Of a DNA stretch of 64,000 nucleotides, positions 27,136 through 38,100 are shown piece after piece (position 1 is the stretch's first letter; each line of letters opens with the position of its first letter). Under the pieces are notes generated by a model. The model was not told where the DNA came from. It saw only the letters and a program-made list of their open reading frames with translations, and made no database searches. A program made the position numbers and the translations under genes. Source of the DNA: Paludibacter propionicigenes (GTDB lineage Bacteria > Bacteroidota > Bacteroidia > Bacteroidales > JAFGXI01); contig DYMG01000002.1 in the NCBI GenBank assembly GCA_020721655.1, positions 829-64,828 on the forward strand, in the 5' to 3' direction.

Positions 27136-29514
27136 TTAATATATGAATTTTAACCCAAAAAATATAGTTCTTGGTTTAATAGGTCCATAAATATAGCCTG
27201 CATCTCGGTTTATACCATAGTCAAAATCTGACTGGTATGCTTGTAGAATATTTTGTATACCTGTTGAAATTTCCATGCTAAAAAGTTCGGAAATTTGCAT
27301 TTTTTTAGTGAGTTTTAAGTTAATATCAAAAAACGATTTTGTAGAAACTAAAGTTTCATTTTCAATTAAATTACCTTCAGAATTTAAGCCACCGGCAAAG
27401 TGAGGAACAAACATTTGTCCTGTATAATTTCCCGAGAAAGAAGCTTTAAAATTATTGATAGGCTCCCAATTTATAATTAAATAGCCATAACTTGAAGGTG
27501 TTCGTAAAATTTGGTTTGATGTGCTAAGACTATCTTCTCCCCATTGTTGAGCTGAATTATATTCCGATTTTTGTAAAGTTCCGCCAATTTGAACATTAAA
27601 TTTTTGTGAAGGCGCTAAATTTAGCTCAAAGTTAATTCCTTTAACCGAAGTAAGGCTATTGGTGTTTTCCCTTAAGCTTAATAGTGTTCCTAAAGTGTCT
27701 TGCATTTGGTACGAACTAACAAAAGCGTTTTTTAAATTTGTATAGAAACCTTCTAAGAGAAATTCGGTTTGTATTTTGCCAAATATTTTTGTGTAATTTA
27801 GTGATGTTGTATAACTTACCGATGTTTCCATTTTTAAATTTGTGACATTTCTATGAATTATACGCCTTGCTCCAGAAGATTCAATATGTAAATCTTCGTC
27901 GAAAACTTGCGGAGCTCTGTAACCTGTTGATGCACTAACTCTTAATTGCAAATCGTTTGTTAAATTAACTAAAATATTTGCCCTTGGGTTTAATATTTTA
28001 TCATTAAAATTATTGTTAGTATTATCTTTAATTAAGTTTGTAATATTTACAATATCGTATCTTAAACCTAATAGAATATGAAATTTACCCACTTCCCAAT
28101 TATTTTGAGCATAAGAGCCAATTGTATTAACAAATTGATTGGCAATTAAAGAGTTTTGTAAGTTGTTTGCACCTAATTTTGTGTCGTTAAGTTTGTCGAA
28201 AGTGTTTTCAAGACCAATAATTAATGTTGATGGAGCAAAAATAGCTTTGGCAAATTTAGAAACTAATTGAATACCACTGTTTGATGTTATTCCTTTAGTA
28301 AATCCGTAAGCATTTGGGTCTTGCATAGCTCCGTAGTAACTTTGTCGTTTTAAGTCTTGTGCCGAAGTATAAACAGAAAACTTGTGTCTAATGTCGTTAA
28401 ATAAATAATGCTCGAAGGTTAAACTGCCACTATTTATATTAAAATCGACCATTTCGGTAATATCGGCTTCGTGTGCAAGCATATCTAATTTGTTTCCACC
28501 ACGACGGTATTCTTTTACAGAATGATATTCTAAACCAATTCGGCTTAATTTGGTTGGTTTGTAAAATGTTTTAAATCCAACTGTTTGGTTTTCAATTTTT
28601 GTTATTTCTGAGAAAGAATCGTTATTATAGTCCCAAGCATCTCTTTCGTTTTTAACGCCATAAATGTATAATCCGGTTTTTAAATCGTCTGAAACTATTG
28701 AGCCACTAAAGTTTACAATTTTATCGTTTGCCGGAGAATTTTCATTAACTGCTACTCCAATTAAATTGTAATTTGCACCAACAGAAAAAGAGTTTAAAAT
28801 AGGGTCTTTAGTAATTATATTTACTGTTCCGGCAATTGCATTTCCACCAAAAAGAGCAGAGCCACCACCACGTATAACTTCAATTCTTTCAATCATACTT
28901 GTTGGAATTTGTTCTAAACCATAAACTCCAGCTAATGAACTAAGAACAGGGCGACTATCAATTAAAATTTGAGAATATGGACCATCTAAGCCATTCATTC
29001 TTAACTGAGTAAACCCACAATTTTGACAATTGTTTTCAATTCGTAATCCCGGAGTAAAGGAAATGCCTTGAGCAAAATTTTGTGCATTTAAGGCTTCTAA
29101 TTTTTTTGGCGATATTGCATTTATAATTATTGGCGATTCTTTTCTGCTTATAGCATTTCTATCGGCAGAAACTACAACTTGGTCGGTTAAAATATAATCT
29201 GGTTGCAAATCGAAAAAAAGTTCTGTGGTTTTTCCTTTTTCCATAACTACTTCTTTTTCTTGTGTTTTATACCCTAAACCACTTGCCTGAATTATTAGTT
29301 TTCCTTCAGGAATGTTTACCATCATATAATGACCTGTGGCATCGGTAGAAGCTCCTATTGTTGTTCCTTTTATTTGAATATTTATAAAAGGTATGTGCTC
29401 GTTTTCGCTTTTAACGTCGCCAAAAAGCATTGCATCTGTTTTGGTGGTTTTTTGAGAACAGGCTACAACAGTGTATAATAATAAAAATATTATTAAGGTA
29501 TTTTTCATTTTCAT
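27136..29514 (-). CDS. TonB-dependent receptor (CarbopepD_reg N-domain, Cys-containing plug)
   Basis: 792 aa with a signal peptide. It has a GHYMMVNIPEGKLIIQASGLGY domain, a plug carrying NCQNCGFTQLRMNGLDGPYSQILIDSRP and IERIEVIRGGGSALFGGNAIAGTVNI, and a barrel with terminal ...FGLKFIY. Confidence 0.8.
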   Translation of the reverse strand: MKMKNTLIIFLLLYTVVACSQKTTKTDAMLFGDVKSENEHIPFINIQIKGTTIGASTDATGHYMMVNIPEGKLIIQASGLGYKTQEKEVVMEKGKTTELFFDLQPDYILTDQVVVSADRNAISRKESPIIINAISPKKLEALNAQNFAQGISFTPGLRIENNCQNCGFTQLRMNGLDGPYSQILIDSRPVLSSLAGVYGLEQIPTSMIERIEVIRGGGSALFGGNAIAGTVNIITKDPILNSFSVGANYNLIGVAVNENSPANDKIVNFSGSIVSDDLKTGLYIYGVKNERDAWDYNNDSFSEITKIENQTVGFKTFYKPTKLSRIGLEYHSVKEYRRGGNKLDMLAHEADITEMVDFNINSGSLTFEHYLFNDIRHKFSVYTSAQDLKRQSYYGAMQDPNAYGFTKGITSNSGIQLVSKFAKAIFAPSTLIIGLENTFDKLNDTKLGANNLQNSLIANQFVNTIGSYAQNNWEVGKFHILLGLRYDIVNITNLIKDNTNNNFNDKILNPRANILVNLTNDLQLRVSASTGYRAPQVFDEDLHIESSGARRIIHRNVTNLKMETSVSYTTSLNYTKIFGKIQTEFLLEGFYTNLKNAFVSSYQMQDTLGTLLSLRENTNSLTSVKGINFELNLAPSQKFNVQIGGTLQKSEYNSAQQWGEDSLSTSNQILRTPSSYGYLIINWEPINNFKASFSGNYTGQMFVPHFAGGLNSEGNLIENETLVSTKSFFDINLKLTKKMQISELFSMEISTGIQNILQAYQSDFDYGINRDAGYIYGPIKPRTIFFGLKFIY

Positions 29515-29583
29515 TTATTTTATTTTTTACAAATAGCAATAGTTGTATATTGCTAATAATTAACACACTGACTGCATTTTAAT

Positions 29584-29943
29584 TTAATACAATCTAAGAT
29601 TCTGTAAAAAATAATTTGGGGGAGATAGTCCGCTACTTGAAATTAGAAAGCGATATAAAATGCTTTTATTTGTAAATGTATAATTAATTAAATTGAAAAA
29701 ATTGTTATTGTTGGTTATGCTAAAAATCTCTTCAATATTCGATGTATTGTAATAGAATTTATCTAATGTAATTATCTCTTTTTGAGAATGGTTATGATTT
29801 TTATTTGTATTTTTATGGGAGTGTGTAATTACAGTACCATCGCTTAAACGATGAAAATGCGAGTTTAGTATTATACTTTCTTTTGAAAAGATAAAAGAAA
29901 ACAATACAAAAAACATTAATAATATGTTGAATCTTTTTTTCAA
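29584..29943 (-). CDS. Small His-rich exported or membrane-anchored protein upstream of the TonB-dependent receptor
   Basis: 119 aa with a TTG start and an N-terminal hydrophobic segment. This is followed by HFHRLSDGTVITHSHKNTNKNHNHSQ, which has 8 His in 26 residues. It shares the strand with the receptor gene and sits 69 nt upstream of it. Confidence 0.45.
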   Translation of the reverse strand: MKKRFNILLMFFVLFSFIFSKESIILNSHFHRLSDGTVITHSHKNTNKNHNHSQKEIITLDKFYYNTSNIEEIFSITNNNNFFNLINYTFTNKSILYRFLISSSGLSPPNYFLQNLRLY

Positions 29944-30040
29944 AACTATTGCAAAGTAAATAAAATAATAGCAATAATAAAATACCTACATATTAGTAAT
30001 TTTTATAACATTGTGAAAAATAAATCATACTAAATTGGTA

Positions 30041-31024
30041 TTAATTGTTTCGGTCTGATAAAGAGATAGCAAATTTTTTAAGTTCTTCTTTTTTAGCAGA
30101 TTCAACATTAATTTTTTCTAAATACAATAAAGCTTTGTTTAAAAAATAAGCTATTTTATTTTGAGTAATTATATCAATTTCTAGTTTTTTATAAATATTT
30201 GTTATTATTTCTATTTTGGTTTCTTCGGAAATGTTTTTGTTTAAAAGAGTAGAATTTAATGTTTGCAATATTTCGCCTTTGGCAATTTTTAAAGCAGAAA
30301 TTAGCAAAAATGTTTTTTTATTAGAAATAATATCTCCGCCAATTTTTTTCCCAAAAACATTAAAATCGCCAAAAACATCTAAATAATCGTCTTTAATTTG
30401 AAAAGCCATTCCTACATTATAGCCATATTGGTATAAATTGTTAGCATCTTCAATTGATGAGTTAGCTGCTAATGCACCAATTTTTAAGCTTCCGGCTATT
30501 AAAACAGCAGTTTTTAGTTCAATCATTTTTAGATATTCTTGTTCTGTAACAATTTGTTGAGTTTCAAAATTCATATCAAATTGTTGACCTTCGCATACCT
30601 CTAAAGCGGTTTGAGTAAAAACTTCTAATATTTCTCTAAAATTTTCACCTTTGTATTTTAATAATTGCTTGTAAGCCTCCACCATCATAGCATCGCCAGA
30701 AAGAATTGCAGTATTATCGTTCCATTTTTGGTGAACAGTAGGTTTGTTTCTGCGAAAAAAAGCTTTGTCCATAATATCGTCGTGCAAAAGTGTGAAGTTG
30801 TGAAAAACCTCTACTCCCATTGCTGGAGGAATAACTTTTTCAAAGTCGTCGGAAAATAAATTGAAAGCCATTACACAAATCACAGGTCTTAGTCTTTTGC
30901 CACCGTTAGATAAAACATACTCAATTGGCTCATATAAACCTTTTGGCTCATTTTTATATTTGTTTTGCGAAACAATGTTTTTTACGAATTCTTGTGCTTG
31001 TTCTAAAGTAAACATATATAGCAA
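30041..31024 (-). CDS. Polyprenyl diphosphate synthase (trans-isoprenyl)
   Basis: 327 aa with the first DDxxD motif (LLHDDIMD) and the second (QIKDDYLD), plus GKKIGGDI. Confidence 0.8.
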   Translation of the reverse strand: MLYMFTLEQAQEFVKNIVSQNKYKNEPKGLYEPIEYVLSNGGKRLRPVICVMAFNLFSDDFEKVIPPAMGVEVFHNFTLLHDDIMDKAFFRRNKPTVHQKWNDNTAILSGDAMMVEAYKQLLKYKGENFREILEVFTQTALEVCEGQQFDMNFETQQIVTEQEYLKMIELKTAVLIAGSLKIGALAANSSIEDANNLYQYGYNVGMAFQIKDDYLDVFGDFNVFGKKIGGDIISNKKTFLLISALKIAKGEILQTLNSTLLNKNISEETKIEIITNIYKKLEIDIITQNKIAYFLNKALLYLEKINVESAKKEELKKFAISLSDRNN

Positions 31025-31111
31025 TTTTAGGCAAAAGTAACATTATATAATTATAAAAAAAAGCCGAGTGAAAATATAACAACACTTGACTTTTGTAATC
31101 ATAAAAATGTT

Positions 31112-32092
31112 TTATAGCAATGAGTTAGCAATGTTTTTAATTGTTCCTTTAAATATTATTGAAAATTCAAAAGCACCTTTTCCGTTTGTAAATTGCTTTA
31201 AATTGGAGGTGTTAATATCGTAAGACATATTAAAATCGATATTTTTAAAGCCTAAACCTAAAACAATTATTGCAGCATCGTTAATTCTGTAATAACCGCC
31301 GGCATTAATTTTTAAAATTTCGTTGAATTTGTAAAAGCCACGCATTCCGGCATTTATTTCATATACGTTCCGTTGATATTGAACAAAAACAGAAGGGTCT
31401 AACGATATTTTATCGTTTATTTTATACAAAGTTCCTAAGTTAAACTGATATCGGATAGGAAGTTTTGAATCTTTTGCCCCTAAAAAACTCTCTTTAGGAT
31501 TTGTAATATGAAAAAATACTAATCCGGCATAAGGATTTAATTTGTGGTTTTTATCGAGCATTTTGTAATAAATGCCTAAATTAACTTCTGGCATTATTTT
31601 GTAGTCGTTAGAAATATTTTCGCCAGTAGGCAGGTCGTCGTCAAATGTATTATCCGACCATTGGTTATCGAAAACTAATTTGTTGTCTTTTATATTTTTA
31701 TAAATTATACCAGCTTGTAAACCAACAGAAAGCAAATGTTTTTCGTTTGGAGTTGTAATTTGGTATGCTCCACCAACAACAAATTTGAAAACATTGTATG
31801 CTTTTGCTGCATCATCATTAAGCATATATCCACCAATTCCCCATCTAGAACGAGCATCGCCACTTGTACTAAAAGGCATATCGAACGATATTACACTTGT
31901 AGAATATTTGGTTGCTAACGAACCCCATTGGTTTCTGTATTGAGTACCTGCACGAAAATCGGAGTTTCGGAACATACCTGTTTGTGCTGGATTTAGCATT
32001 ACTTCAGTGGCATTAGTTTGCGATAAATGGGGGTCTTGTGCAAATAATGTTGAACTTAAAACCAAAACTAAAACTATATTTAATATTTTCAT
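31112..32092 (-). CDS. PorP/SprF-family type IX secretion system membrane protein
   Basis: 326 aa with a signal peptide followed by AQDPHLSQ...MLNPAQTG, the family-typical N-terminus. The rest has beta-barrel-like alternating sequence. It lies immediately downstream of a type-B CTD cargo gene. Confidence 0.75.
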   Translation of the reverse strand: MKILNIVLVLVLSSTLFAQDPHLSQTNATEVMLNPAQTGMFRNSDFRAGTQYRNQWGSLATKYSTSVISFDMPFSTSGDARSRWGIGGYMLNDDAAKAYNVFKFVVGGAYQITTPNEKHLLSVGLQAGIIYKNIKDNKLVFDNQWSDNTFDDDLPTGENISNDYKIMPEVNLGIYYKMLDKNHKLNPYAGLVFFHITNPKESFLGAKDSKLPIRYQFNLGTLYKINDKISLDPSVFVQYQRNVYEINAGMRGFYKFNEILKINAGGYYRINDAAIIVLGLGFKNIDFNMSYDINTSNLKQFTNGKGAFEFSIIFKGTIKNIANSLL

Positions 32093-32132
32093 TTTCTTAA
32101 ATTTTTAAATTAATAATTATCAAAAATTAAAC

Positions 32133-35100
32133 TTATCTTATTAGAGTAACATCGCCAGTTTTAATATATTCTTTACCGTCGGTTGTGGTAGCCGAAATAG
32201 TCCAAATATAAACCCCAATTTGTTGGTCAACGCCTTTGTAGGTGCCGTCCCATCCTTCATTTAGGTTGTTTGTGCTAAATATTTCTTGTCCCCAATTGTT
32301 ATAAACTCTAAAATCTATAGTTTTAAAAGGTCCTCCGCGAGGATAAAATACGTCGTTCATTTTGTCGCCATTTGGTGTAAATGCTGTTGGCAATTTTGGT
32401 GGCAATATAACATCTCCGTTATTTATTACAATATTTGTGATTGCTGTATCAACACAACCATATATATTTGCAATAGCCTGAACAACAACATATTCGTTTG
32501 CTAAATTGTAAATATGAATTGGTCTTTGTATTGTTGAAGTTATTCCATCACCAAAACTCCATTGCCAATTATCGCTACCAGTTGATAAATCGGTAAATTC
32601 TATGATATTTCCTTCAATGTATTCATCTGCGTAAAATTCAAAACCTGCTGTTGGTTTAGGATATACTTCTATCAATTTTGTAATAGAGTCTATACAACCA
32701 CTTTCGCTTTGTATTGCAAGAATTACATTGTAACTGCCACTTAATAAGTATTTGTGCGATGGGTTTTCGTAACTTGAAAAATTACCATCGTTAAATGTCC
32801 AAGTATAACTTACTGAAGTGTCGCCATTTAAATTGGAGTTATTAATAAAATGAATGCTATCGTAAACGCACTTATTTTCGAAATTAAAATTGGCATTTAT
32901 AATATTTAAGAAAATGGTTTTTTCTATGGTATCGGCACAATTAATTGATGAGCCAACTATAAATATTACGGTTTGATTACCAAAGTCGGAGTAATTATGT
33001 TCAGGATCTTGTTCTGTGCTATTGTTTCCATCACCAAAATTCCAACTCCAAAAATTGTTTGCATTGCCTTGCGATGATGACCCATCGGTAAATGTAACTG
33101 TTGAACTAGCACAATTATACAAATAGCTAAAATTAGCTTCTGGTTTAGTATATACTTGTATTTGCTGAGTTAAACTTGCCGAACAACCTTGAGAGCTTAC
33201 AACTGTTAATTCTACATTATATGTTCCTGAGTTTCCAAATATGTTGTTTGGGTTTTGAGCAATACTTGTATCTCCATTTCCAAAGTCCCAATACCAAGAA
33301 TTTATGCTTCCGCTTGTAACTGTACTTGCATCAACAAAATTTACTTCGTCTAAAAAACATTCGGTGCTGTAAGTAAAGTTAGCTTCTGGATTTGTATATA
33401 CTGTAATTTGTTTTATGATTGAGTATGAGCAACCTAAACTAGATTCTACGGTTAATTCTACCGTAAAATTTCCAACTGAAGTGTATGAGTGAGATGTGTT
33501 TTCTCCATTTCCATAAGTTCCGTCACCAAAATTCCAAGTCCAATTAATTATTGTGCCAGATGTGATTGAAGAATTATCGTTGAAAATAACGTTATTGTTT
33601 AAACAAGCTAAACTATTTGTAAAATTAGCATTTACTGGTACTGTAAAAGTTATTATTGTGGTATCTTTTACTTCGGAGCAAACTGTATTGCCTGTAGATT
33701 CTAAGTAAATGTAAACAAACCCATTAATTGTATCAGCAGAACTTGGTAAATAGTGTATGTTAAATGAGTTGTTGTTAGGTGTAAATGTTCCTGATCCGTT
33801 CGTAGTCCATAATATTCCGGCAGAATACTCAGATGAACCTCCAATTGCAACACTATCAATACCTTTGCATACTTCAATATTGGCTCCTGCATTTACTATT
33901 GGTACCTTGTTTATTAATATGGTTAAAGTATCTTCACCAGCAGTACAACCGCCATTGTTTGTGGTTGTTAAGTATAAATCTAAAGTTCCATTTATTGAAT
34001 CTGAAGCACTACAAACATAGAAAGTATTTAAATCTGTTGCACTTGGAGTAAAATATCCACTTCCCGAGGTAGTCCAAATTCCTGTAGTAGTTCCTCCAGA
34101 AACAAATCCATTTATTCCAACAGTTAAATTATCGGCACAAATATTTTTATCGGTTCCGGCATACGCAAAAGTTGTATTGCCAAATGTTATGGTTATAGTA
34201 TCAGTTTCAGCTAAACAAATTCCGTTATTTGTAGATTGTAAAACTAATTGAACATTACCAGATGCTATATCGGAAGCTGTAAATTGATAGGCTGTGTTTA
34301 AATCTTCATTGTCGGTAAAAGTGCCTGTTCCTAAAGTTGACCAAATTCCGGTTGTTGTAGAACCACTTATTGTTCCAAATAATTGAGTTTCTGGTGCTGT
34401 GGAACAAACTACTTGATTAATACCTGCATTAACATTTGGTGATGATGATATACCTACAATTAAAGTATCTGTAACAGCATTACAGCCACCATTGCCTGTT
34501 GTGGTTAAATAAAGCTCAATATTTCCGTTAACAATATCTCCGGCAGATGGTGTGTAAGTTACATTCATATTGGTATTGTTAGAGTTAAATGCACCTGTGC
34601 CATTTGTACTCCAAATTGCACCTGTTGAGATGGTAAAATTTCCTGAAAGCAATACTTCAGAGTTGTTTTCGCACACCAATTGGTCGACACCTGCATTCGA
34701 TGTAGGAGCTGCTGTAAAGTTTATTGATAAAGCATCAAAAGCAAAATTACAAGAATTTGTTGCCGATAATACTAAAGTAACATTTCCAGTAGCTAAATCT
34801 GTAGAACTTGGTGTATATGTTGCGGTTAAGCTTGTTGGGCTTGGTAAAAAAGTTCCAGAGCCAGATGTAGCCCATTGACCTGTAGAAGCACCTCCAGAAA
34901 TAGAGCCGTTAAGTTGAATAATAGCGTTGTTTGAACATAATGTTTGGTCTTGTCCTGCATTTACAACACCTGCCGGAAGTATATTAATTTCAATAGAATC
35001 TCTAACAGGATTGCAAGTACCTATTCCTGTTGCTTCTAACACAAGTATAACATGTTGGTTTACAGAATCTAAAGCACTTGCTTGATATTCTGCATCAATA

Positions 35101-38100
35101 GTAGTGTTGTTTGGTAAAAAAGACCCGGTTCCTGTTGATGTCCAAAGTCCAGTATTTGAAGCTCCTGTTACTGTTCCTGAAAGTTGAATATCTAAATTAT
35201 CAACACAAACTGTTTGGTCTAAGCCAGCGTTTACATAAGGTGCTGGAGTTATTGTTATGGTTATTGAACTTTCTACTAAATTACATGAATTAGCTGTTAA
35301 TGTAAGCACTACACTTCCGTTTGATGTATCTAAAGAACTTGGAATATATGTTGCGTTTAAAGTTGTGTTGTTAGGAAAAAACACCCCGTTGCCAGAAGTA
35401 CTCCAAACTCCGGTTGTGGCACCTCCAGTTACTGTTCCATTTAACGAAACAATAGAATTATTGGCACAAACAGTTTGGTCTGTTCCTGCATTTGCAATAC
35501 CTGTTGGTAAAATTGTAATAATTAAGTTGTCTGTTTCAGATAAACAAACTCCATTATTACTTGATGAGAGAGTTAAAGTTACAAAACCTGTAATTGAATC
35601 GGCAGAACTACAAACATAATCGGCATTAAGTGTATTATTGTTTGGAACAAAAAATCCGGTACCAGAACTCGACCATATTCCTGTATTTGTAATTCCAGAA
35701 ACAGAGCCGTTTAAATGGGCAACCATATCGTCAACACAAACATTTTGATCTTGTCCGGCACTTACAATTGGTGAAGGATTTATTGTAATTTCAATATCAT
35801 CGTTTACAGCATTACATAAACCATTTCCTGTTGAAGTTAGTGTTAATGTTATACTTCCGTTAGAAATTTCGGTTGCAGTTGGAAAATATGAAGTTGTAAG
35901 TGTATTCTCGTTAGGAGAATAAGTGCCTGTACCTCCAGTCCATGTACCACCAGAAGCTATGGTAACAATACCCGATAAATCAATTTGATTATTGTTTTCA
36001 CAAACCTCAAAATCAATTCCTGCATCAACCGTAGGTGAAGGTAAGTAGTTTATTGTTACTTGGTCTTGAACTGCAATACAAGAGCCATTTCCTGTAGAGG
36101 TTAAAGTAAGTGTTACACTTCCATTGGCGATGTCTCCTGCCGAAGGTGTGTAAGTGGCATTTAATATTGAATTGTTTGGACTAAATAATCCAAGTCCACC
36201 ACTCCAAACTCCTCCTGATGCTAATGTAATAGAGCCGTTTAATATTGCATTTGAATTATTTCCACAAACAGTTTGGTCTGTTCCCGCATTTACAACAGGA
36301 GCAGGGTCTATTATTATTAACATACTATCTTTTACTTCGTTACAAGAGCCATTTCCTGTAGAAGTTAAGTACAATTTAATTTGACCACTCGAAATTTCAC
36401 TTACGGTTGGTGTATATGTAGCACTTAAATTTGTACTACTTGGATTATAAACTCCATTTCCTCCAGACCAAATACCTCCAGTAGCGTTTATAATATTCCC
36501 ATTTAGAGTAGCGGTTGCATTATTGTAGCAAGTATGAATATCGGCACCAGCACTTACTATTGGCGAATGATTAATATTAATGCTAATTTGGTCTGAAACT
36601 GCATTGCAAGTTCCGTTTCCTGTTGTTGTTAAGGTTAAAGTTACTGTATGGGCTGCAATTTCGGCTGCTGAAGGATGGTAAATTGTATTTAAACTGTTTT
36701 CTGATGGTGTATATGTTCCTAATCCTCCACTCCAAGTTGCACCACTTGCTATTGTAATTGCACCAGATAGTACTACATCAGAATTGTTAGCACAAACAGA
36801 TTGGTCTATCCCAGCAGAAGAAGTTGGGGCTGTTGTAAAAGTAAATGTAACACCGTCTTGTACTGCATTACAGGCTCCATTTCCTGTTGATGTTAAATAT
36901 AGTGTAACAAATCCAGCATTTATCTCTGTTTGAGATGGTTGATAGGTTGTTGTTGGAGAATTTGCATTTCCAAAAATGCCTAAGCCACCCGACCAACTTC
37001 CTCCACCCGCATTTAAAACACTTCCGTTTAAATTAATTGTAGAATTATTGGCACAATATACTGCATCAACACCTGCATTAACAATTGGAGATGAAGAAAT
37101 AGTTAAAGTCATTTGGTCGGTTTCAGCAAAACAATTTCCATTTCCTGTTGAAGTTAGTGTTAGAACGACACTTCCGTTTGAAATATCGGTAGCACTTGGC
37201 GAAAAAACAGCGAACAAATCAGCATTGTTTGGACTAAAAGCTCCAGAGCTTCCGCTCCAAACACCACCTCCTGCATTTATAATACTTCCTTGCAGTGTAA
37301 CTTGAGGGTTGTTTGCACATGATGTTAAATTTGCACCAGCATTTACTATTGGTGATGGGTCTATGTTTATAGTTATTTGGTCGCTAACAGAATTACAAGA
37401 GCCATTTCCTGTTGTTGTTAAAGTTAATGTTATGGGGTTTGCATTAGTTATTTCGGTTGCGGAAGGAGTGTAAGTTGTTATTAAATTGGTAGAATTGGCA
37501 AAAGTTCCTGTTCCTCCAGACCAAACTCCTCCTGTAGCTATAGTTACCCCTCCTGTTAATGATACCGTAGAGTTGTTTTGACAAATATCATCATCAATTC
37601 CAGCATTTGCGGTAGGTGCAGAGGTAAAAGAAATAGTCATTTGGTCAGATACAGCACTACAACCATTTGTAGCATGGTTGCTTGATGTTAAAGTTAGAGT
37701 TACGCTTCCATTGCTTATTTCAGTAGCAGTTGGTGTATAATGAGCATTTAAATCGTTATTGTTTATCACAAAAGTCCCCAAACCATTAGTCCAAGTACCT
37801 GTGCTTGCACCACCACTAACGCTACCAGACAAAAGAGTTGTTCCATTATTTGCACATTTAACTTGGTCAGTTCCAGCATTAACTATAGGTGCAGGTGTAA
37901 AATGTATTATAATATCATCAGAAACAGCTAAACAAGAACCATTTCCATTAGAAGTTACTGTTAATGTAACGGAACCGTTTGCAATTTCTGGAGCCGATGG
38001 GGAATATATTGTATTTAAAGCCCCACTTCCAGGGTTATACGAACCAGAACCACCAGACCAATCGCCTCCGGTAGCTACTGTAGCTACTGCACTTAGAGTT

